This document shows, in pieces, positions 36,983 to 50,300 of a stretch of DNA of 64,000 nt. Under the pieces are notes generated by a model. The model was not told where the DNA came from, searched no databases, and saw nothing but the letters and a program-made list of their open reading frames with translations. A program made the translations under genes and the position numbers. Source of the stretch: Balanoglossus misakiensis (lineage: Eukaryota > Animalia > Hemichordata). The stretch covers positions 12,557,654 through 12,621,653 of the forward strand of contig CM082577.2 of NCBI GenBank assembly GCA_040954595.2. The letters are read 5' to 3'. The stretch's first letter is position 1. Each line of letters begins with the position of its first letter.

Positions 36983-39900
36983 TCTTCTCTGTGCACCAGA
37001 GAAAGAATACGTGCAAGAGATAATGCTTCGCTATCAAATACTTCAGCAACGTGGTGCAGACTGTGCAGACGCAAAGACGTTTGTGGGGCACCATGCGTGA
37101 GATATGTTATGTTACTGGTGGTTCTAACGTACAAACACACCCGCACAAACTTTCACTGGATGCCACCATATTGTACTTGTAGGCCGTCACCTGGAAACAA
37201 CAATGCCGTGGGTCACATAGCCAGATCACGTGATTGATATTAAATAATTGTGTGTTGGGCCTCATGCCTCTATTTTGTGTGTGTGCAATGATGAATTTCC
37301 TGCTGTTCTCCTTGCAGGACATGCGTGAGTGCACCCACGGAATCTTTGCGTCCCACTACGATGAAGGACGCGTTGCAACGGTGCTTTTGAACGACGTCAT
37401 CAGAGCCGAGTTGTCGAAAAGGAGCATGGCTCGATACAGAGATATCGAACAACAAACAGGTAGAAATACTGTCCCTCTCCACTTTGGCGTTCAGACAAAC
37501 GCGCAAGATGAGACATCAATGGCTTTTGTAACATCATCCGCACACTGTGTTCTCATTCGTCAATTGATAGTCACGTGGTGTGCGTTCATTTTGTGCTGTT
37601 GCCCGCCGGGCATCAGTTCCGAAAAATGATGCTCGCTCACTTCATGGCTGCGGATGAGGTGTGTTACAAAACACATATTAACTGGCTTTTCGGGCAACAG
37701 CATACGTCTTTCACCCCTCGGGACTGTGAGTCACCCATTGCAAACAATGTTTCACTCGGCCTTCGGCCTCAGGAAACTCTGTTCTTGGGGGTGACTCACA
37801 TGTTGTTGCCCTCATGGCCAGTCAGTACGTGTATAATGCACATTTCGATTCGAAGCTTTAAAGTTAGCGTATAACATTGATGATGGCTAACTGTCCGGAA
37901 ACACGTTGTCTCGTTCTAATACAGGTGTATAAATAAGGTCTTTAACAGTGTTAGCCTAGTGGGATCACAATGTAATATGTACCATGAACAATTTGAACGA
38001 TCAACTGCAAAACTCGAATTTGAGTGAGAGAACCTTTCACGAGGAACCCCCTACATGTCTCTGAGACAGAACGGTGATGCGATTATGTTTTCAGAGACAA
38101 GGAAGCTGATTGCACAGCAGACAGTGGCCATTTTCCAAGGCTGTGATGTATTCAGTGACATCATGGATCAGGTGACCAACCAAGTGGTGTGGAGTAGAGG
38201 GCATAACCAATTTTGATTGGTCATCACAAAGTAAATATATGTTTAAACCTCTGTGCAATTCTCCAATAACGTGTCTTCTTTCTTTTCAGGCATTGAGTTC
38301 TTTAAACAAGTTGGCCACATCTTATTAGGCCCACAAGGTAATGCATACCACAGAAAGGTTGAGCGAACAGCCGCACAGACGTCGACTAATGTCGCGATTT
38401 TGGATCGGAAAACCGTTCACGAGAAGTACCCATACCTGTCAGTGAGAAAGGATGATGACGCGATCATGTTTTTCGAGAAAGGTGGTCACGTGAGTCCACG
38501 GAAGCTTGTCGATGCACAGCAGACAGCGGCCCATTTCCAAGGCTGTGATATATTCAATGACGTTGTAGATCAGGTGACTGAAGTTGACCAACCATGTGGT
38601 GGAAAGTACATGAAGGTATCCACAGCCAATGGTGGGATATATCGTGCAAGGAAGGTACTGCTTACACCAGGGGCTTTCATTGGATTTCGGGATTTACTCC
38701 CTCCGGGGAAGGAACTTGACCTGACCTTATATAAATCTAACCTCGTCTTCGTCGAAATATCACAAAACGACGTGAAACGATTGGGAGATATGCCCATGAT
38801 TGCATGGAAGTACGATTTCGAAGGACGGCGTTGCTACATCTTACCACCCATCAAATACCCAGACGGTAACTATCACATTCAACAAACGAAAATTTATTTT
38901 GAAATTATTTACCCTCGCAAGTGTGAGTAGTAAGACATCAAGTGCGAATTATACGAACTTATGGAACTTACGTCTGTCTCTGATTATTGATTGGTACTCG
39001 GCAGCGTCACAATAAGGCAGAGATATATTGGACGCTCTGACTGGATTTTTTTCTCACACAAAAGACGCGTGTACGAGATCAGAAAAATCACAAAAGCCAC
39101 AAAATGGGAATTTTCAGTTAAATTAACGACATATGACTTCATATTTGTCGTATTTATTACCGACATATGTTATGTTTGGTAGTGCTTACTTTATTGAAAT
39201 GGTTACTTTGGGTGTAGTGTATGTCACCTATCTTGGTATAATCTGGACCCCCCCCCCCCAAAAAAAAAAAAAAAAAAAACTAACTGAAATTAATGAATAT
39301 TTTGCTTCTCAGGTAAATACTACATTAAAATAGGACAACGAACCTTTGGGCAGCCGCGTACTGCTGCTGAACTGGCAGAGTATTTCAAGCAGGACCATTC
39401 TAAAATCGATGCAGACCACCATCTCCTCGATTTGCTCTTGGATCTAGTAAAAGGTAAACACGCGAAAATGTGCAATTTTTAGTCTATCGTACCTGCTCAA
39501 TTTTGAGAGCAACCTTGTGATCGTATCAGGATAGGACATTCCTCAAAGGACCCATGTATCTGATTACTTTTCTCTGCAATCATCATGGTCGTAATAGAAA
39601 TGAATATCCCTAAGAACGGCTCTTGTTTATCTGATTATGCGTCGCCGAAGACATTATTGTTGTGTCACAGATTATTGGGAAATCTTTACTTTGCAACGTT
39701 TTTGATGAATCCATTTTCATTGTAGTATATAGGTTGCCCGTATGGGTATTTATATAAGTTAATGAACGTTTTCAAGTTGGTTAACTTTAAAACAAAATTC
39801 CACTACGTAAAGGGTCCGATGGGAACACTGTCCACTCGTCATTTCGCAATCCTTTCAGGAAGGACTTTTCTGTGATTCGTGTTTGTCTTGTCTGGATGCA

Positions 39901-40263
39901 CAGTGCCAAACAGGAGCATCTCTGTGGATATGGTCATTGTTTGCAACGGTTCATTCGTTTCATCGCCCGTAAATGTCAATGTCAATAAGATTTTCCACTA
40001 TTTTCACAGATCTTGAAATCGTGTCCGTACGCGGAGGTTCCTGCGTTACAACACACACCCCTAATGGGGAAATCTACTGTGACATGATCACTCCAATCCT
40101 TGGAGTTGCGACTGGCGGAAATGGATACTCGGCCATGTCATCGGATGAAATTGGTAGAATGGCCGCCCGGATGATTATTTCTGGGAAATGGGACCATGAT
40201 CTTCCAAAGGAAAAGTTTCGAGTAATGTTCACGAGTAAACCAAAAATGGCTGCCAAATTATAA
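36739..40263 (+). CDS. Peroxisomal sarcosine/pipecolate-oxidase-family flavoenzyme, copy 3, 414 aa
   Basis: Exons 36739-36870, 37318-37459, 38290-38865, 39313-39453 and 40010-40263 give 1245 nt in frame. Ends AAKL (PTS1). Confidence 0.92.
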
Positions 40264-41168
40264 TGAAGAAATATTTACGTGCAAAAATTTTGATTATCCG
40301 ATCTCATTTACATCTAGGCCTTAAGGTGTTGATTACACTTTCCAAAGTTTAAGTGTTTTTTTTCTAGGACAATATTTTACCTTCAAAATTATAACTGTCC
40401 TACACATATCATGTAGCTTTATGGTTTAGACATTGACTGTGTAATTATTTCCTTTTGAATTCAATAAAAAGAAAATTAAATATGCAAATGAGCAGGTAAA
40501 GGGCATGACACGCATAGTACTATCCGTTCTTGAGATAGCCATATGCGGACGGACTGACAGACAGACAGACAGGCAGACAGACACCAGTGTAACAATACCT
40601 TGTGTAATCAAGGGAGTAGCATTTTACCGAAAGTTTTAAGGGAGCCATTATTTTTTTTTGGGGGGGGGGATACAATGCAAGACAGACATTGTGATTGATG
40701 AAATGCAGGTATATTTGCCAGTCAAAGTTCCCCCATATATCAACAAGGTCGCGTGTTCCTTGGGGATGACATGTGCTTCCATAGAAAAGTATACAGGCAC
40801 GTGCCGCGTAGGAAATCGTAGTAGGCCAAATTTCGATAAGACACGAAATGTTCCAATGCCTTTGAAAAAATCATCCATATGCAACAGAACTAAATGATCT
40901 AAAATAATTCCAAAAGTTAGATGGGGTGATGTTTGAAGTGGGCTGCACACCCCTGTACAAAAATAGCGGTGTACTGCCGCCGGGGGTCGTGTTGGGCGAT
41001 TCAAATTTTGCTGTCGCTCAATGATCGATTAGTTGCCGTCGGTCGCACGTGTATCAGAGTGCATGCACCGATATGAACCTGTGTATGTCCTCAACTGATT
41101 AAGTCAGACCATCGTCCGATGACTCAACTAAAAAAATGATTGTTCTCAATATGATTAACACTTATCCT

Positions 41169-43972
41169 TAAAGCCTTATGAGCTTTGTCAATAAAATTTG
41201 ATAAGATTTAAAGAGCGCCAATAATCTCGAATATACTTTTAATTCCATCTATTAAATGATATTGTTTGAAAAAATGCAATTATCAGTGCATTTGAAATTT
41301 CCCAGGATTTGAAAATGTAAACCATAGCAACTAGCATAGCTTTCGTTTTGCCCTCAAGTGAACCGACACCTTCCTTGTAGAGAGATTCTAATAAAATCTT
41401 TGTGAAAAACATGAGTGATTTGCGTCGTTTTTATTCACGTTCGCTTATCGCGCAGCAGCGTAGCGTCGATCTCGATATGCAGTGTGACGTCACAGACTAG
41501 TCACCAGTAGCAGACGCCACCGTGCGCACGCTAACGTACACAGACAGTTGACATGACTGGCTGCCTCGCAAGTGGGAGCAAAAACAGAGTTGGCAAAAAC
41601 ACGGCGAAAGGTTTTATAAAAGTTCCCGACCCTTCGGTGGACAGTCAAAATGCAAATCGAGCTGAAAAATGGGTGTCAAACATTGGCATATTATTTCGGT
41701 GCTTATTGCTGAGACAGATGATACTTTTGCTTCGGAAATGTTCGTGTTCAACTAGGCCCTATATCGTGAAGCATATTGCAAAAAAAAACTACACAGCAAA
41801 AATTGTCGAAACAGCCGGGGCTCCTGATTTCCTTTGATCACCATATGACGAAACCGAATTTTTGGCACTGTAAATCAAAACTCTAGATCTGATCGGAAGA
41901 AAGTAGTGTGGCGGAAATAGGCCTACAAGTGAACACTGTTTTTGTTGCGTACCCAAGCTGTGAATGCATCGCAAAACCATTTCCAAAGACAAAAACGACC
42001 ACCTCTACCATCTGGAAGCACCACAGATATACTCGAAACATGACAATCGGAGTTTCTGCCTCCCTTTGATCAACAAAGCCGCAACTTTTCACAGCTGTTG
42101 ATCAACGTAAAGGATGGTAGACACGTGTGGTAGACATTTTCGCGAGAGTGTCAATAGGTTTACTTACTATTCTTTTGGGAAATCACGAGGGTCCCTATTA
42201 TGACATGCATGGGTGACTAAATGTCAAAAATTATCGCATGGCTTCGTGATATGTCGTTCAAGTCTTTATCTGACGGCCTTGTCAAGACATCTATTTCATG
42301 GCAGCACCGGCATAGTCCTTGACAGTAGAAATAACTTCGCATTTACCGCAGCGCAGCTACACCATGAGCATGAGCGTGATGAAAGACGAAGCCGATCACT
42401 CTTCTCGATCGTCTTTGCTGTCTACACTTGCCTCTGTACTATTGGAATCAGTTTCACTTGAGTCGCCTACCATCTCATCGCTGCTGTATTCGGGTTCGTA
42501 CAAAAATCCGACGATATCTTCGTTTGAAAACTCCATATCGCGTGGTCGTTTTTGTCTTTGGAAATGGTTTTGCGATGCATTCACAGCTTGGGTACGCGAC
42601 AAAAACAGTGTTCACTTGTAGGCCTATTTCCGCCACACTACTTTCTTCCGATCAGATCTAGAGTTTTGATTTGCAGTGCCAAAAATTCGGTTTCGTCATA
42701 TGGTGATCAAAGGAAATCAGGAGCCCCGGCTGTTTCGACAATTTTTGCTGTGTAGTTTTTTTTTGCAATATGCTTCACGATATAGGGCCTAGTTGAACAC
42801 GAACATTTCCGAAGCAAAAGTATCATCTGTCTCAGCAATAAGCACCGAAATAATATGCCAATGTTTGACACCCATTTTTCAGCTCGATTTGCATTTTGAC
42901 TGTCCACCGAAGGGTCGGGAACTTTTATAAAACCTTTCGCCGTGTTTTTGCCAACTCTGTTTTTGCTCCCACTTGCGAGGCAGCCAGCCATGTCAACTGT
43001 CTGTGTACGTTAGCGTGCGCACGGTGGCGTCTGCTACTGGTGACTAGTCTGTGACGTCACACTGCATATCGAGATCGACGCTACGCTGCTGCGCGATAAG
43101 GCTGCATTCACAAACACCTCTGGAGGGGGGGGGGGCAGGAGAATTGAGGGGGGGGGGGATTTGAAAAAAATGAGTGTATGTAAGGGGGGGATTTGAAATA
43201 ATTTAAGGACTGAAAGGGGGGACTTGAAAACTTTGATGATTAAACATTTATTTTGAGTCCACAAAAATGCAGTTTCACGCCCTTTATTTTACACCCCCTC
43301 CCACACCCACCCCCTCCATTCATCAACACCTTTCAATCATTGACTGGTTTATCTAGTGTCCCAGGTCAGGGGACTTGCCCCCACCCCATGATAACATTGA
43401 GCGGCGATGGTTAAATTTGTCCTCCCCAACATACCGGTAGTTGAGTTAATTTGCTTTTGCCGGGTTCATCAAAATGCAGCTTTGAGCTCTGTATTTTATA
43501 AAATTTTCTTACACGGGAGGGGGACACCCCCTCCCAAACCCACCCCCTTCGATTCTTGGTTTACAATGTCTCCAAACACAGAATACAAATACTTAAAAAA
43601 TAAATACAATGTTCAGTTTTAATACCCACTGATGAGGGGAAACATCAGTTTCAAATTCTTTTCATGGGAGCGCTGTTTTTCTTTTTTACAAGATAGATAG
43701 GTGATGTGTTTTGCTCTGTGAAAGAAAATGGGGGGGGGGGGATTTCAAAATTTTGGCAGTTCGGAAGGGGGGATTTGAAAAAATTTCGGGTTGTTGAGGG
43801 GGGGCATGTGAAAATTAACGGTAAAAAAAATTGAATTCTCCCGCCCCCCCCCCCCTCCAGAGGTGTTTGTGAATGCAGCCTAAGTGAAAGTGAATAAAAA
43901 CGACGCAAATCACTCATGTTTTTCACAAAGATTTTATTAGAATCTCTCTACAAGGAAGGTGTCGGTTCACTT
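41169..43972. mobile_element. Non-autonomous palindromic Kolobok-derived element with THAP and KolX relics; right end truncated
   Basis: Inverted arms of about 650 bp at 41356-42002 and 42542-43972 (the latter includes a 781-bp MITE), with loop 42003-42541. Degenerate THAP ORFs at 41553-41837(+) and 42991-42707(-). A minus-strand FLYEPEYS...WCSC-CGKC..T....RCCHE relic is present. Tentative left end ttaaag at 41169. Confidence 0.7.
43100..43880. mobile_element. PIF/Harbinger-type MITE (781 bp)
   Basis: TAA TSD at 43097-99 and 43881-83. TIR ggctgcattcacaaacacctctggagggggggggg. The empty site is visible in the opposite arm near 41445. Sister copy at 56030-56833. Confidence 0.92.
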
Positions 43973-46546
43973 TAATGATCATTCCATTACTTCGAATCCA
44001 GTTACTTGACAACATTACATTATTTTGAAGGGAATCATTTACATGCGAAACAGAAAATCCTGAGGTAAGAAGGGTTTGATCGTCAGCGTACATATCAAGT
44101 TGCGAGTTATACAAAGTAAATGGTAAATCATTGATAAAAATAGTAAACAGTAGTGGTCCGAACAAGGATCCCTGAGGCACACCTATAGTCTCCTTTTGAA
44201 CATTCGAAATTTTACCCATGTAAGTAACTACTTGAGAACGATTTGATAAAAACGATTTTAACCAGTTTAAGATGGGTCCCTGGGATCTTTTTGCTCGTTG
44301 CTATGGGCCTTTATAGGACACTACACTCAATTTTGATCGAAACCGTTATGAACGTCCGACAAGGGGCTTGTAACTAGTTAAAAATACGCACGATTGTGTG
44401 CACACCCCCTGTCTGAGTATGTTTACGGCAGCTACCGCCCGGCCATAGGCCGCCACGCTAATACGGCAAAGCAGCGGTCAGCGATAGCGTGCGCGTCCTG
44501 TAACCACAGTAACTGGATCGAACGCTAAAAATCCAATGTTTTGTACACAGAGATTTTGTACCGTTCACGAAAATCCCTAAGGCTTTTTTCACAGGCGACG
44601 TAGGCTAGCCAAATTTGACCTGCTTGTTGAGAACGCACTTCCGCATAGTGTGACGGATCGTTTTTTCAGTTTTCGTCGTGCTAAGAAGCGATACCAGTGG
44701 AAGAGTGCGTCCAAAAACACCCAAAATCGATGACTTTTTCAGGTGTGGTACGGGTATGCTGAAATCGTAGGATACAACGATAATATTCGAAAACAAAATC
44801 CGTCACGATCTTCCCTGGTTCAAGCAACTAATGAATACGTATCAAGTTCGTTTTTGAGGTCACGGAATAAAAAGCCTTAGGCTTTTGAAATTTGACCTAA
44901 CTAATTTGCATATCAATGGCGTCAGGGGGCGCGCGCTCACAATCGTGCAGATTTTCAACTAGTTACCAGCCCCTTGTTAGACTCTGAAAACGGCTTAGTC
45001 CAAATCGGGGTGTAATGTCCTATAAAGGCCCATAGCAACGGGCAAAAAGATCCCAGGGACCCATCTTAGCCCATTAATTTCTAGTCCATATAAAGGTAAC
45101 TTTTTAAGAAGGACTTGATGATCAACTACATCAAAAGCTTTTGACAAATCCAAAAAAAGAATACCCGAGATTAGACCATTGCCAACATTTTCTAATAATC
45201 CATCACACATTCTTATTAATGCTGTTTGACAGGAGTGGTGTCTTCTGAAACCAGATTGAGTTCTATGAAGCAAATCCTTTCTAGACAAAAACTCGTAAAA
45301 ACTACAATGTACATGACTTTCAATAACTTTGGAAATAGCAGGTAAGATTGAAATCGGTCTGTAATTGGACATTTCGGTAACGCAGCCAGATCCTTTGTAA
45401 ATAGGAACAACTCTTGCGCATTTTAAAATATCAGGGACGACTGCACTGTTAATACTTAAATTTGACACCTTTGTCAACGAATCAGAAATTACCGAAGCAC
45501 CTACAGGTATGCGCAGTTTTGCGCTAACATTATCGGCGCCTGTAGTTTTACAATCAGATAAAGCTTTCTTTACAAAGTCAACAGAAAGAGAGTAGGAATA
45601 ACGAAAGAGGAACCGTCAAGTTTCTCATCGAGATACTCTGTCAAGAAAAAACAGAAACGTTGAGTTTTTTAGGAATGCTACAAAAATAATTATTGAAAGC
45701 ATTAGCAAGCACAGTGGAATTAAAGTGCCATTAACCTTCATCGAAGTATGTTATTGTTCTCTGGGTCTCGTGAGATTATTATAAGTGTTCCAAACTGCCT
45801 TACAATTTGAACCATTACTGTTGAGCTCATTGATAAGTAGTCCAGACCTTTTTAGCTTTGCCGATCAAATGAACAACATTATTTCTTGCAAGTCTATAAG
45901 GACCCAGCTTAGTAATGTCCCCCTTGGCTTGTTTTAACAGAGAATCTCTCTCATGCATAGCATTCAAAATGTACTGATTCATCCATGCTGGCTGTTTTCT
46001 ATGTTTGACACGCTTTTCAATATAAGGAGCATGTATATCGTAAATCTTATTGAAAATAGTAACCCAAAGTCGGGTAGCAACATTTACATTACTCGTCAGA
46101 TTAATAAGAGACCATGGCGCATGTACAAGGTCATAAATAAATGAGTCTTGCTTAAAATGTGTCAGTGAGCGAAATTTAACCGACAAATGAGATGAAACAC
46201 GTGTAACATTTGAATTCTTTTTGCGAACGCATATAATAGGGTAGTGATCAGACATACCAATCTCAGGAATTTGAACGTTAACTATGTTTTCATTGTTTGA
46301 GACATAGATGTGGTCAATACAAGTTTTTGAAACTGGCCTTGTTGTCTCAGAGATTATTTGATCTAAGTTCATATCACGCAAGGACTGATAAATATAGTGA
46401 TTTAGACCATCAGGAGCGAACAGATCAATATTGAAATCGCTTAGAGTTTCTTCTGAAATGCAATTCACATTTGAAAATGGGAAAACAGGTAGAAATAGAG
46501 CTTGGTCTCGCATATCAGCAATGGTAGAGACTCCCAAGTTTTTCAT
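43973..46546 (-). mobile_element. CR1/L2-type (Jockey-group) LINE ORF2 fragment, frameshifted and 3'-truncated
   Basis: APE motifs DFN, TCIDHIY and SDHYPI (45827-46546). RT motifs NYRPISILP, QSGFR, DLSKAFD (45067-45477) and GVPQGSLFGPLLF, YADD (43973-44269). Confidence 0.88.
44270..45066. mobile_element. MITE (797 bp, TA duplication) inserted in the LINE RT
   Basis: TIR of about 55 bp, agatgggtccctgggatctttttgc.cgttgctatgggcctttataggaca. Removing it plus one TA restores the RT frame EINGLNWLKSFLSNRSQ. Confidence 0.9.
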
Positions 46547-47316
46547 CTCTGCTGCACTATCTCCACATACACGTTTTAATTTTTATTCTCACAAGGGCTA
46601 TTACAAACAGGGTCCATGCACAATAAAGCCATTGAAATTTCAAGACCATTCTGGAGTTTTCAATAGTTTTCAGGGAGCAATTTCAGTCAAATTTGCCATT
46701 TACTATACGTGCATAATTTTTGTGTAAAATCAGCACAATAAGTGACTTCAACGCCTAAATCCGAAATATCTGAGGACGGTGTGAATCCCTATGTAATACA
46801 GTTCCATCTTTCAGAACTTTGTTTTGTTGTTCTGTCATGTGCTTCAAACAAAATATGTCATTTGCGAACAGACTAGAACAGCAATGATCAACATTCTTAT
46901 AACCTGATCTATTTATGTGTGCAATATTTTACCTGCTCCAATAATTCTTGGTTAAAAAAGTCTGACTAGCATTTACACTAAGAAACAACATCTTCTGGAT
47001 GACGCCTGTATGATGTAAATCAACTCATCAAATGTACAGCTCGTCTAGGTACATTATATATATATTTTTAGTAAAAACAAACAAAAGAAAGGGTCTTGAC
47101 ACATAATATCAACGTCTGTTATTGAGAAGTATATGACACGCTGTGACCAATTTCTACATCTAATGCGAATTACATGTTCTGCTATAGGTATTCAATTTTT
47201 CATTATATATGTAATCAATACTCATCCCTGTCACGTAATTATTTTGGAAAATTCTACATTTAATTTGTGGGGGGGGGGGGGGTCAACCATGTAAAGCAGC
47301 ATCATTGCAGAGGGCC

Positions 47317-50300
47317 TCACATATTTCCAGCTTCTAGGTTCTCCTGGACTCGAGAGAAGTCAAAAGGCTCTCCTGTCATACGTGTGTAGACTTCAAGAAT
47401 GTTGTTACAAGTTGTCTCACAGTGGGTGGTTGCATCATAAGATGAGGTGATGAAGACCTGAAAAACAACAGGATCAGGGAATATTTCAACAGTATATTTC
47501 ATTAGCAGACATAATCTCACTAAATTCTGGTTTAGGCCTTCCGCTAAATGTTGGTCAATAGACCAAAACATAATCCATTTTGGACTTTTGAATTGCTGTG
47601 AGCCCACGTGGAACCTCGAGGATTTAAGTTTTTGACACAAGGGGCGCTGTTATTTACACCAGAAGTGTGGGCCATGTTTACTACACCATGCAATTAACAT
47701 TAGGCGATGACAGACTTCATATTCGCACCCAAATAATCTATACTTCGATTCTTTATTGCTGTCACCGTACTCCTTGAATTAGTTGTACTGTAATGCAACC
47801 GGTTGTAATGGCAGCTTTTAAAAAGCCGATGAATACAAAAATACCCAAGGATAAGTGGCATAACCCTCCACCCATTCTCCCATGCTGAGAAAGAAGTGAG
47901 ATCGACATAGATAACGGTGGGTACGACGTCATCTGGGCTGGGTCTCGAACCATTTTTAACTTGGAAGGAAGAATCTGTCTTGCTTCTGTCCCTCATGCTC
48001 ATTTTGTGAACGTCTCCATGAGAGATGTTGCAGTTGACTACGGGACTGAGTTGAGTGTGGCCCGCATTTTTTGCCAAATTTAGAGTACTCCCACGTGACA
48101 GGAGTTACAAATCCTCGCTTTTCCTAACAACTGGAAAGTCCCGTATTGCTGCCATTAAATCCCCTATAGCTGCCAAATTTCACATATTTTTTCCACAGTA
48201 AAATACTTCAAATCGTTTCCCTATCCTCTAAAATCCTCACCATTAAGCCATATTACTTGCATTTGCATCAGTTTGTCATCTCTTGGCGACGCATACCACG
48301 ATAGTTGCGCATTCTGTTTGTATGGAGGCTGATTAAATCGGTACGACACCGGTCTATAAATACATAGCGTGTCCAAATTGCAACAAGCAGTCACAATCGG
48401 GCATCGGCAGGGTGTTCATGTATACCTATCAGTAAGCTTATTTAGATGGACTAATAAAAGTTGGAAAACATCATGAACATATAATGCAGAAAGTGGCAGC
48501 TCTAGAGGCTTTAATTGTGTACAATATTACACTAAATGTAACAGCAATGCCAGGTTCGACTAATTTAAATGGCATGTGTTATGCACAGCTAATCTTTGGT
48601 TCCCGACAATCTGTTCCGCGCTCAGACAAAACAATATTTTGCTTAATACATTTCTATAGAAATGCCCACTTCAAGAGAGCTAGGTTTTTGATTTGAACAG
48701 TTGATTATCAGGTGTCGAGGGCACAAGCATAGATAGAGGCAGACAGTCGGACAAACAGACAGACGTTTTCAGAGGCCTATTTTTCATCAAAGACAACGTT
48801 AAAACCCCCATAAACCATATATATTCTGGAAGCTGAGTTATGGGTTATATTCTGGAAGCTGAGTTTTTGAACTTTTGTTTGGGTTGCATATATTATTGAT
48901 CCCCGGAAATGGTGGCGTTTTTGGGTTAAATAAACCAGTTTTTGATATTATGTCATTAAATTTAATTTAGGTAAAAAAGTTGACCATGCATCATGCATCT
49001 TAATATGTCATTCGAAACTAGAGTACACGTGCAAAAAACAGTAATTTTGTTTTGCGTTATCTGCTTCGATTGAGGAGTAACAGCGTTTGATCGACTAAAA
49101 AAAATCCGTTTTGTTGGATGAGTCATACACAATCCCCTGTTCAAATTTGAGCAAATTCGGCCAACGCAGAGCGAAGCTAAATTCTTCTGAAGTTGTCAAG
49201 AGCAGCGAAAATGCAAACTGAGAAAAACGGCCATTTGCATTGTTGACACCTATTTGTTAAGCTGTGGACTCATTCAGAAAAGTGCTATTTTTGGGTGATT
49301 ATGCACCATTTCCGCCAAGGCGTATTAGTCAGGATGTGGATCAGTATTAGACCTACTGATTTATGTAAACAAGTAAAATTTGGCAAAAATCACAACTTTT
49401 CATGCAATGCCACCTTAACAACAAACAGTACCATTCAGAATTACGGTTGGATTCAATACCTTTGATTTGCTGCCATCATCAGTTGGCTCGTAGATGTCAT
49501 TGATAGTAACAAATATCTTAATTGTGGGACCTAAGAGATTAAGACCGCGTTCGAGTTCAGCTTCTGGGTTACTAGTCTCCACAGTGGTCGATACGACTGC
49601 TATGTAAAAGCCCTTTGCAGCCACATGGTGAGAATCAGAAACCAAAGCCACATAGATATCTGTGAATGGGAGAACATTATAAAACATTAACCCACACAGA
49701 ATTCTGAAGGAGGCTATCTGAATAAAATTTTATGAAACAATGATGCTTGGAATTTGGAACACATAGTTCAGTCTCTCAAATAGCATATTGTCACCATCAT
49801 CGTTCGAGTGAAATTGGTTCGGGCATATTGTAATAAAGCATAAAAAGAACAAAATTCATATAGGCATTTCACACACTCCTGGCATGCTGAGAGTGTGGGA
49901 TCAGAGTGTGAGAACAAATCAATCCCACACTCTCACAGAATTGAAAGCGAGCGCTGATTGGTTGACAAGGCGTATTTTGCTAACGCGCGCTAAGACAGAC
50001 GACAGTTCCAGGGTCATTTATTCAAGGTTTTTAACGACTTTGGCTAATTTGTGGCCGTGTGAGAAATATAATCTCACAAACCAAGGACCTGGGATCATAT
50101 TTCTCGTCGGGGATATTCTGTCCCACACTCGGCAGCGACTCGTTTGGGACAAAAAAAATCCCCAACTCGTGTGAGAAATATGATCCCAGGTCCTTGGGAG
50201 TGTGAGACTCTATTAGTCACAGGCATTGGTTATTTTGTCATGTTTTAACGCATAAAGTTAATGTTGATACCGTGCAATCCAGTTCAGTCAAGTTGTTTTA

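Noticed and set aside
41553-42991. Two 94-aa THAP-like ORFs as functional genes
   Set aside because: The second zinc-ligand Cys is Ser and the C..HF motif is missing. They are mirror copies within a transposon relic.
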